DNA from: Gnetum montanum
Lineage: Eukaryota > Plantae > Gnetophyta
Direction: 5' to 3'
DNA: 64,000 bases
Assembly: GCA_015680685.1 (NCBI GenBank)
Contig: MNCI01001499.1
Span: forward strand, 183,349-247,348
Position 1 is the stretch's first letter. Each line of letters opens with the position of its first letter. Below the pieces are notes generated by a model that was not told where the DNA came from, made no database searches, and worked only from the letters and a program-made list of their open reading frames with translations. Below, piece by piece: positions 14,201 through 24,766 of this stretch. The position numbers and the translations under genes are program-made.

Positions 14201-16472
14201 CCTAAAATCCACAAAGTAAAAATATTCACTTCACTTATTTGATGTAGGCATCTTAGAAGCCCTAGGAGGTGACTTGACATCTAAGCCATCAAGATATGGA
14301 TTGGTCCACAAACTATCCATTGTCACATTCCTTTGGCACCTTGTATAAGCCTTATAGTGACATTGGATGCTATCTTCAAGGTCACTTGCTATCTATTCCA
14401 ACACTGCAAGCCTTACATTTAGGCTTTTGACAAACACCTCCAAAGCTATGTTGCCTAACAACAAGAGGTTATCATGTCTAATGAAACCCCACTCATTCAT
14501 CCTGAAGCTATAAGAAAGTGAAATAAAAAAAACATCATAACAACCTAAGTATACAACTATAAAATAATAAAATAACCATAAACCGAAGACAATATTACTT
14601 ACCCCTCTATGTGATAAATGGTGCCTGGAGGACTTTGGAACAATGTATGTATAAGATGGCCAACAATTAAAGTGTCATCCATATTATAGTGGCTAAAGTC
14701 AAGAATCTCCCAAATTGTTGATAATTTATAAGCACCCACAATGTAACACCATCATATTTTTCTCCCTTTTTATGGGTGTCAGTTTCATCCATCAAGAACT
14801 TGACAATTAGATTAGAGGCTCTAGGCATGATGGTCTCTAGAATCATCGCTACTGCTTTAATCATTAAGTGTGATCAAACCATCACATTGAAGTTTTGCAA
14901 GAGGTATGCAAGAAAGTATTTTGGAATTGGCTTGAACCATATCCCACTATGATCCCACTCCATATTTGGAGCTTGGAAGGTAGGCATGGGAAGGTTGATG
15001 CAACATACTAATCCCACCATCTTTATGAAAATGAGGATTGGCTTTAAGAAGGCCTTGTCACATTCAACATACAACCATCATGACAATGTAAGCTAAATCC
15101 AGAACTAAAAGTACATAAAAAACATTAAAAAAGATAACATCATGACCATACAACATAAAATAACAACACTTATTTAAAGTTCAAAACACGATCTAGGTTT
15201 ACAACTAAAACTTTACACTTTACACCGAAATGGCCATAGGGAAACATGAGAAAATATTTATTTTCATCTAAAAAACTTCTAACCACTTTTCAACATCCCA
15301 ACTATTCCCAAGATTATAGACGTTGATATGAAAAATCTTTCACAACCTCAATGTTACCCATCTTCATAGGGGTAAATGCATCATAGCCTTATAACCATGA
15401 TCTCATATGAGTAAATGAAAACAACCATAACTAATTAACCAGTAAAAAAATTCAATGATTCCATAGCTATTGGAATTGTGAAAAAATGAACTATAGCCTC
15501 ATAATAAGAAATCATTAAAAATCCTAATCTTTTTTCAGAAAAAATTACCAAAATTAACTGCATTGTGATTGTCAACATGAACACCAGTTCATGTAGGGTT
15601 GGCAAAAAATTCATCAAAAATTTGTTTGAGCTCCAAACAAAGTGATTCAAACACCATTTGAAAGATTAAATTAGGTCCTATGCATCTATAGCTATATAAA
15701 ATTTAAAATCCTTTCCATTTTTTCAAAAAATAAATTCATGGACCTTCATGAAATTTGAAAAATGACAAAGAACCATAACTGCACAACCTAACTAAAATAG
15801 CCATAACTTTGTCATTACAACTCCAAATTGAATTATATCACAACCATTGGAAACCTTAACATAGAAATAAAAATCTATAGCATTAGATTTTAAAATATAT
15901 AGTCACTTTCTTAGCAAAAAATGCACAAATTTTCTTTCTTTTTGTACCAAAAAAATTACAAAACTTGTACAACTCAATTTGATCTAACCATTAAACATAG
16001 CCAAAATGGTCAAATCAACTTGTATCCAAGTAACAAAACATCAAACTAAGGGGGTAGGATTTTGTTAAAATTTAATTTTGATAAGTTCTTTGTCCTAGAT
16101 CTAAGAAAAAGTACTCCATGTTTGTAAAATTGGAAAAAGCATCAAAACAACAAACCTAATTTGAAAATCCAATTTTCCAATACAAAAGCAATCAAATAAC
16201 CTTATATCTATGTAAATGTGGCCAAAATATGAGGTAGGATTTACACAAAGTTAAAAAAATAATAAGTACACAAGTGTAGATCTTTAAAAAATGGAATAGA
16301 AAATAAAATGGAATCCATAAAAAAATAGAAAATTGGTTAGAATGGTGTACCTAGGATAGGCAGTGGTGGAACCTTCTACAATCCTTGGCCATGGTAGACA
16401 TGCTAAGGTTTCAACATTGGCATCCACCTCCTCCAACACAAGGCTCTTGATGAGAGTATTTTTCTTCACCAT
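11278..16472 (-). pseudogene. Element A antisense multi-exon gene (homologue of 24767-29214)
   Basis: Exon 1 is 16472-16351 (donor AG|GTAC, phase 2). HAD-like exon is about 15045-14603 (KPILIFIKMVGLV..GIWFKP..FLAYLLQNFNVMV*SH..FQSPPGTIY, donor GG|GTAAGT). Exon 3 has IALEVF, exon 4 has IEMLNIIDFFN..LFSVPNDG, exon 7 has KLRWD..CAKSLWECRCS. Last exon is 11361-11278. Confidence 0.85.
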
Positions 16473-16519
16473 GATGCCAAAAGAAGGTGAGAAACTTGGA
16501 AAATTTTGTCTCTTTAGAG

Positions 16520-17778
16520 TGACTATGTTGCAATAGGCAATGCACTAATGGATGGACTATGCAAGTAGTAGTCCACTAGTGGTTGCTACTATGTTGGGTA
16601 GGGCAATAGACAACAATAATCTAGGTCAAGCTCTCTAAATCAGGTGCAGTGATATTGAAATAGGAAGCAACAATGTTTTTTCCTAAGTTTTTCTAAATTT
16701 ATACCAATCCAAACCTAGCGTCCAAGTTGAAACCCTAGCTTTTTTTTTGAACTACACTTAGTTTCACAAAAGTGGAAACTAGGACTACACTGGAGTTGTT
16801 ATAAGATTTTAAAAAAAATTGTTATTTTTGGTTGGGCCCCATTAGAATTTCCCAAGAATGGCACAAAAAGCCATGACTACACTAGGAGTAGTGGTTTCCT
16901 ATCTAGACTATGTTGAGGTTAACACTCCAAAAATACATAAAAAACTTCCACTTTCATTCCACATTCATCCTATCTCTCCAAAACCTAGATTGGATGCTCT
17001 ACAACCTAGAATATGGTTAAGTATGAGAGCCCTTGTGACTATTCTAATAGCATACCAAGGAGTATGCTAGGGCAGCATAGTCTCAACTACTGCTAGTGTA
17101 GTGCATGATGGGATGGAGTTCCAAAAGATCATCCAACCTCTAAAAGCCTCCAAACTTACCATCCAACCTTACCAAACCCTAGCTAGAACCCCCAACTACA
17201 CTAAAACTTGATCAAAAGCACTTAAACTATGACAAGAATCAAGCTTCTTAATTCACTACACTAAGAGAAGTTGAGGACTATGCTAAACCACTATAGTCCT
17301 AGCTACTGCCTAGTGTAGTCCAACATAAAATATTAGATCCTACAACCCCAAGCAACTCACCTAGTTCATTCAACCCTTAGTTAACCCTGTATTAACACAT
17401 TGTTTCCTTAAACCCTAGCCAAAACCCTTAATAGCACTAAAACTTAATTAAAAGTACTTAAATTGTGATAAGAATCAAGCATCTACATTGACTATGATGA
17501 GAGACGTGGCAAACTATGTTGGACTAGCATACTCCTAGCTATTGCCCAGTGTAGTCCAACATGACATCTTGGGTCCTATAACCCCAAGCAACTCACCCAG
17601 TTCATACAACCCTTAGTTGACCCCAAATTAACACAAAATTTCCCCAAATCCTTACTAGAACCCCTAATAACACTAAAACATGATTAAAAGTACTTAAATT
17701 ATGACAAGAATCAAGCTTCTTCATTCACTACACTAAGAGAAGTGAAGGACTACATTGGGCCAATGTAGTCCTAGCTAC
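16520..17778. repeat. Element A internal tandem array, left part (about 235-240 bp units with palindromic GGACTA(C/T)(G/A)CT..AG(C/T)(G/A)TAGTCC core)
   Basis: Cores at about 17276, 17512 and 17746; the array continues after the B insertion. Confidence 0.85.
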
Positions 17779-19128
17779 TGTACCGTCCGAAATCATCAGT
17801 CTCCAGCTAGAAGGAAACAAAAACTGGGGGATCACAGGACACACACAAAAGACCCTACCTTTGCCTGAGGGCGAGCTAGAATGAACGAAGGTAGAGTACC
17901 TTGAGTGGTCTGCACACGGATTAGGCAAGGATTTCCCCAAACATACACCGAGGTGCTATACGCTGGGTTATACGTGAACGACGTAACAGGCGTAAAACAG
18001 GGCGTAAACAATGTAATTGATGTGAACAGAGCATAAACATAAAAGAGCATAAACAGAATACATGAAACAATTAATGAAAAATGTAACAGATTTTAGGAAG
18101 AANAGAGCATAAACATAAAAGAGCGTAAACAAAATACATGAAACAATTAATGAAAAATGTAACAGATTTTAGGAAGAAAATGTAACAATGGCATTTCAAA
18201 ATGAGAGTTACAATGCACCGGTCTAACGCAGTTGTGGCTTTGACACAAGGCGGACGAAAAGCCCCGATGGATGCAGGGATGATTATGGGCTAGTTCACAT
18301 TGTAGGCACAATGTAGAGGCTATATGCTCAGTGTACAGGGTTGTCCAATGTACAAGGTTCTCTGCTCTGGTTCTCAGCGTCTCTTTTCTCTAGTTTTCTC
18401 CAAAATTTGCCAACCAACCTCGTTCTGGTGAAAAATTGGGACTTTTATACAGGTTTCGATGTTAGACTAGGGTTGGATGACACGTGGCGTGCTGACCGAG
18501 TGCAAAAGAATGAAATTTACAAGTGTAGAGTATATTACATTTGCTGAGCGTATACGCTATATCGAGCGGGCGTAGACTTTGGGTGTATATGTTGGATGTG
18601 TTGGGCGTATACATTGGATGTGCATGGGCGTATACGCTGTGGATATTGAGCGTATACGCTGGAGTGTTTACACCGAAGGTTGCTGGGCATATATGCTAGG
18701 GCGTATACGCTGATGGTTGCTACCTTGTACCAAGTCTTGTTCTGTAGTGTTATTTTCATGCCGTCTTCAGGGATTGCATGCCGAGCATATGCATCAGTCG
18801 TACAAGCTAAACGTATTTGTGAGGTGTGTACGCTGGTCGTGTACGCTATGAACATCAGGCGTATATGCTGGGTGTATACACTGTGAACTTGAGCGTATAC
18901 GCTGGGCGTATATGCTGTGAATGTAAACTTTGAGCGTATACGCTTAGAATGTAGACTTGGGCGTATACGTTGGGCGTATACGCTAAGAATGCATACTTAG
19001 TGAAAATTAAGCATTTGATCTTCTGAAGTTGCCATGTTTGATACCAGATGTAGTCATGATCATCTGTGAGTCCCAGGGACATCCTTCTTGTTGGAAGAGT
19101 ATTAAGCTCAAAATTTTATGGTATTTCA
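17779..19128 (-). repeat. Element B 3' LTR
   Basis: Collinear copy of 34493-35805 with TG..CA ends, adjacent to the PPT. Contains an N-associated duplication at 18103. Confidence 0.95.
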
Positions 19129-19141
19129 TTGGCCCCTCTTT
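19129..19141 (-). other. Element B polypurine tract
   Basis: AAAGAGGGGCCAA on minus, directly before the 3' LTR; identical to the element C PPT. Confidence 0.9.
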
Positions 19142-20146
19142 GTTGACGCTTGGAGGAATCAACCCGAGAAGCGTCGACAAAGAAGTGGAAAACACCACAA
19201 GCAACTCGATAAAGGCATTGTCCTTTGCCACCTAACTAGACATCATCGCACCGTGTTCCATAGTACATAGGATTGGGAAAGTGAAATCTGTAGCTAGTAG
19301 GAAAATAAGGATTGTGGGGATCGGTAACTGACCAAGGGATTGTGCTTGGTAAAGGGGATGCTATGGTGTGTATCATGCTGATCCTTGTCAATAGCCATTA
19401 TTTAGTAGACTCGGAATCAAGACATGAGGTGTGCGTCCTTCGGCGGAACAAGACTCTTGGTTAGTGTTCAAGAGGACTTGTTGGCAAAACCAAAGCTACG
19501 TGATGATGTGTTGCATTATTTGGAGGAACAAGGCCCTTGTTTTAGGGGGAAGCCTGTTGGCGGAGAGCCAAAGCCATGCAACGGGATGTCGCTCGATTAT
19601 TTTTGACATGAGTATTTTTTTTCAAGACAACTGTCGTCTCGTCTTGTGTTTTTTGTGGGAAGAGACATTGTTTTTTTTTTGTCAGGAAGAAGCTTTGTTT
19701 TGATCTTGTACTCACGCTCAAGTGCAAAGGGTATGCTCAAAGTTTTGAGTGTACTGGGTGTATCAGAGGTGTGGCTGAGTACAGTATGTTGATGAATAGG
19801 TAGGAAATGTAGCGGGAAATGGAGATGTACTAGCGAACAGCTTGATTTTATCTTGCCACGTGTGCTGTGAACATTGCCTCATCTTGTTGCTTATGATGAA
19901 GTGCATTCTTGTACGAACACCTCTGAGTGTCATCCTACAAACACAACTCCAAGAAGACAAGAAAACCACTAGTGAGCGTGCGAGCTTAGACTTAAATAGC
20001 AACTGATGAAACATGGTATCGGATGAGAGTTCAGGCACTATATATGAATGCAAGCAATGTTGGTAAGATCGACAGATGGCGAGCGGTATAGCGATTCTGA
20101 TGAAGCTTGAATGTGGCCGTGGATTGAGGAACCAAAAATAAACTTG

Positions 20147-20513
20147 CCAATTTATAGTCTTAGTGGACTATCATGGGTTAGTTTTATGTCATAACCCATT
20201 GGACATTGCCCGTTTAGCGTCGTGGCAGACGGTACATTGCCAGTTTCTAGTCTTAGCAGACCGTCAAGAGGCAAACCAGTTTATAGTCTTAGCGGACTCT
20301 GGTGGATGCAACGGTCGCAGTTTGCTGTCATGTCGGATGGGTGCTATTTTATCATCATTACGGACCTTGTGTGGTATCAGTTTATCGTCATGATGCCAGG
20401 ACGAGCTGTGGTGTCAGTTTATAGTCGTGATCCAGGACTGTTCTATGGTATCAGTTTACCATCATGATTCCAGGATGAGCTGTGGTATCAGTTTATAGTC
20501 ATGACCCCAGGAC
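20147..20513. repeat. Element B 3' UTR short tandem repeats (CAGTTTATAGTCTTAGCGGAC / CAGTTTATAGTCATGA type)
   Basis: About 8 copies just downstream of the pol stop. A homologous array occurs in C at 57427-57730. Confidence 0.8.
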
Positions 20514-20535
20514 TCATACGTACCTGATCTTGTAT

Positions 20536-23500
20536 TCAAGTATAGAACGATTTCAGGAATAAGTGATTGGTTGGATTTGCAAACTCATTTCCTTCCATAT
20601 CAGCTAACTTGAATGCTCCATTGTCGTATGCTTTGGTGACCAAGTAGGACCCTTCCCAATTGGCTGAGAATTTGTTCGAGTGTTCCCGAATGGACTTAAG
20701 CACAAGGTCACCTTCCTTGATGGGGTGCTTATGAATGTCATGCCAATGGCGCTACCGTTGTTCTTTTTGGTACCACTCAATCTGATCGAGTGCACATATG
20801 CGTTCCTCCTCTACTGAGTCCAGGTCAATGATGCGCAGGTCATTATTTTGTTTTTCAATGAGGAGTCCAGAAAGTGTGATCCTTAAAGATGGTGCTTGCA
20901 ATTCTAGAGGTAAGATAGCTTCTGAACCATAAACAAGGCTATATGGTATTTTACCTGTTGAAGTTCAATGTGCAGTATGATATGACCACAATGTGTAAAC
21001 CAACTATTCATGCCATCTTCTCTTTCTTTGGGTAAGCATCTTTTTAAGTATGGTGATGATGGTTTTGTTTTTTGCCTCTGCTTGCCCATTGCTCTGAGGG
21101 TAGTAAGGGGATAAAAATGAGTTTTTGATCCCCAGACTTTCGCAGAAGGTCTTGGTTTCGGCATTGCTGAATTGTGGCCAGTTGTCAGTGATGATTGTCA
21201 TGGAAACACCAAAACGGGTTACAATATTTTCGAGAATGAAGTTGCATACATGTTTAGATGTGGTTTTTCAAAGGGGAACAGCTTCTACCCACTTCGTGAA
21301 GTATTCTGTTGCGGTTATGATGAAACTATGTCCTACAGAAGATGAGGGTGTTATTGGTCTGATAAGGTCCAACCCCCATTTTTGAAAGGGCCACGTGATT
21401 TGCGTTGTATACAACTCATTTGGTGGGACATGGATTAGATTACCGTGTCTTTGACAGGTACTGCATGTTTCTTCTTTAGAGAGACAATCATACTCCATGT
21501 GTGGCCAATAATAGCTTNTCTTTAGAGAGACAATCATACTCCATGTGTGGCCAATAATAGCTTAGACGTCTAATCTTTGTTGCCATTGCTTTTGGTGCTA
21601 TATGTCCTCCACATAGTCCATCGTGTACTTGCTCAACGATGGTTTGGGCTTCGGTGCTACTAACGCATGTTAGCAATATGCCTTTGTAGGATCGATGACA
21701 CAACGTGTCCCCTACCAGTACATATTGCCTAGAACATTTTCGTACCACATCTTTTTGTGCATTCGTTAAGTGTTGTGGTGTTTCACCACATAGAAGGTAT
21801 TCTTTTATGTCATCATACCACTCTATCGTGTGTGTTGTACTAATGGATGCAATTGGCAACGTATCAAGGGTGTCGGTTATTGGTTCGGCATAACTGGTTA
21901 TGGAGCTTGGCAACGTATGGAACATGTTAGGCGATATGTTCAATGCTAAGGTGGCCAATGCGTCCACGATGGTATTATCATTTCTAGATACGTGTTGCAC
22001 ATCAATGTTTTCGAATCGCTTCATTAAGTGTTTTGCCAAGTCACAGTATGGTTGTAAGTGTTGCGCTTTGCATGTATAAATATCTATGACTTGGTTCAAA
22101 ACTAGTTGTGAATCTCCTCTGACCACAAGACATGTGATGTCTGAAGTTAGTGCTGCTGTGAGACCTCTAAGGAGACCTTCGTACTCTGCTATATTGTTGG
22201 TACAATGAAAGTTGAAACAATAAGCAAAGGGTCTAATCTCCCTCGAGGGATAGGTGATGACAGTGGGAGCACTTTCCCCTCAAGAGGTGGAAGCTCCATC
22301 AAAGTTTAGAATGGCGTCGTAGTCATCGGGCACTATGTCTATTGCGCTTATATTCTCATCCGGGAATTCTGGCTCTATTTTTGCTTCATCGTGTGTTGGT
22401 GACGTGACCATTTGATTTGCTATGGCTTGAACCTTAACTAATGATTGCGCTATGTAATGTAGGTCAAACTCAGCTATCATGGCTTTCCAACGTGCTATCT
22501 GACTTGTCTTGTAAATGTTTCTTGTGATGGCTCTGAGCACATTATCTTTGCATATTATGTTAACTTGATTGTGGAAGAGGTAATGTCACCATTTCTTTAG
22601 AGAAAAGACTAAGGCTAAACATGACATCTCTACGTCATTGTATTTCTTCTCATGGCCTACTAATGCATGGCTCAAGTAGTAGACAGGGACTTCGGATCCA
22701 TTATCTTATTTCTGGCAAAGCATGGACGCAATTAATGAATCCGAAGTTGCAAGGTAGATGTAAAATGGTTTATCATTTTGAGGTGGATAAATTGTGGGCA
22801 GTTGGGTAAGTGCCGCTTTAATATTATCAAACGCTTTCTAGCACTATGGAGTCCATTCAAAATGAACATTCTTGCACAACAAGTAATTCATAGGTTTTAA
22901 TTTATCTGTTATTTTTTTGTATGAACCTTCTGATGAACTGTAGTCTACCCTGTAGACCTCGAAGTTCAGTAAGGTTGCTAGGTGGTTTTAGGTTCGTTAT
23001 GACCTTAACCTTATTGGGGTCCACTCGTATCCCTGCTTCTGAGGCTATGAACCCAAGCATTTTGCCTATTTTGACTCCAAAGACACATTTCTTTGGATTA
23101 AGTCACAACTCATATTTTAAACAACGTTTTAACACCAAGTCAAGGTCATGTACGTGTTGTTCCGAGGTCTTTGATTTAACCATAATGTCATCCATGTAGT
23201 CATTGAGCGAGTGTAACATGTAATCGCTAAAGATGAATGTCATCGCCTTTTGATATGTGGCCCCAGCGTTTTTGAGACCGAAGGACATCATTGTATAACA
23301 AAAGGTTCCCCATGGTGTCATAATGGTAGTCCGGAGTTGATGCTCCGGGTTAATACGTATCTGGTTGTATCCCGAGAAGCCATCCATAAAAGATAATAGG
23401 ACGTGCCCAGTGGTCGAGTTGACAAGTTGATCGATGCTGGGTAGGGGAAAATCATCTTTTATTGTTGCGATGTTGAGATCCCAGAAGTCAATGCATAAGC

Positions 23501-24059
23501 GAATGCTTCCATTCTTCTTCGGGATAATGACCATGTTGGATACCCATTCAGCGTAATTGATAGCTCGAATGAAACCAGCCTGATAAAGTTTGGTGATCTC
23601 ATTGCGAACTGTCAATGCCACCTCGGGTTTAACCTTTCACGTCTTTTGTTTTATGGGTCTCAATTTTGGATCAAGGATGATGTTGTGCTGGATGATTCAG
23701 GGATCTAACCCAGGCATGTTGGTGTAAGACCAAGCGAATGCTTTCATGTTGTTTCGAAGCACATATTCTATGTCTTTGGCCAGAGGAGGTTGCAATAGTG
23801 TATTTAATTTTAGTATCTTCGTCTCACTGTCAGACATAATGATGGGGGTTTCGATCAATGGGTCTTCAGTGATATTTTTAGCTTCTATGTCAAGGGACTT
23901 TGTCATACCTTGGTAGTTATCTAGCGTTTGTTGTGTTGGGGCTATGACTACGTCGTCTGTTGATAAACTTAAGTCGATAAGATTTATGTCAATGTCCCTT
24001 GTGATTTTTCCATGTGGCCCATCGATGATTAATGGTGCAGATAAATGTTGATAATCCAT
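20536..24059 (-). pseudogene. pol: Element B pol: RT, RNase H, archaeal-type RNase H, integrase
   Basis: RT: FMDGFSGYNQI, FGLKNAGATYQ, YMDDI. aRH: LNFDGAS..NNIAEYEG..GDSQLV. INT: H-x-GGH..C..C zinc finger, KWGLD, EYFTKWVEA, QSNGQAE. Stop TGA at 20538-20536, with several internal stops. Confidence 0.95.
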
Positions 24060-24180
24060 CGGGCTCACTCCTGCCAATGAACAGAGAGCATAATGAGGCG
24101 ATAAGTATTGCTCGATGTTTTCAAGCAACTTAAATTATGTGCACGTCCATAATGGTGGTTTATCGTCACACTGGGACGCA

Positions 24181-24247
24181 TGGCAGCTTAAGGCCATACC
24201 GGGCCGTGGGGATTTGTATGTGGCAGTTTAAGGCCATACCGGGCCGT
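24181..24247. repeat. Two copies of TGGCAG(C/T)TTAAGGCCATACCGGGCCGT at the pol-side border of the cassette
   Basis: Units at 24181 and 24221; same core as 29445-29531. Confidence 0.85.
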
Positions 24248-24474
24248 ATGTTTATTGAAAAATTTGCATAGGAGTGGTTCTACACCATAATGTTCGACGT
24301 GGACTTCTAGAGTTGGTTTACAAGGGATTCAAGATGTGGTAATATTTATTTTGTTTTAAATATATTTATTTTTTTGCCTTTTTAGAGGAAATTTCGATTA
24401 AAATAAGTAAAGAAGAGCAAAAAGGTACAAACCAGAAGGCGGCGGGGGTGGCAGCGACGACAGCGTCAGAGCGC

Positions 24475-24482
24475 TATAAAAA
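24475..24482 (+). promoter_or_regulatory. Putative TATA box of the element B antisense gene
   Basis: CTATAAAAAG about 290 bp upstream of ATG 24767, followed by AAACCCTA telobox-like sites and AGCGTA motifs. Confidence 0.6.
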
Positions 24483-24766
24483 GGGGGGGGTCATTTGTCA
24501 CATTGTTAAATTTTCAGCTAGCGTAAGTATCGAGCGTAAATCTTGAGCGTAGACGACCCAGCGTAAGCATAAACCACTAAACCCTAGCGTAAGCATAAAA
24601 CCTCAAACCCTGAGTGTAAACATAGAGCATAGAGGTCAAAGCATCAGCGTAGACGCCCCAACTCAGTGTTAGTGTAGACTCCAACTCGGCGTAGAGGCTC
24701 AGCGTAGGCATAAACGGCTTCAACGCTCAACGTAAACCTATTAATCACAGCGTAGAGGACGTCGAG

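Noticed and set aside
18027-18180. About 75-bp tandem duplication in the B 3' LTR
   Set aside because: Centred on an N (18103) and absent from the 5' LTR; a typical contig-join artefact.
18535-19082. ORFs with repeated SVYAQ/AYT peptides (also 25186-25497, 35199-35519, 61947-62347)
   Set aside because: Translations of the short DNA motif arrays, with no coding support.
21474-21563. Duplicated YYWPHMEYDCLSK segment in integrase
   Set aside because: Flanks an N at 21518; assembly artefact.
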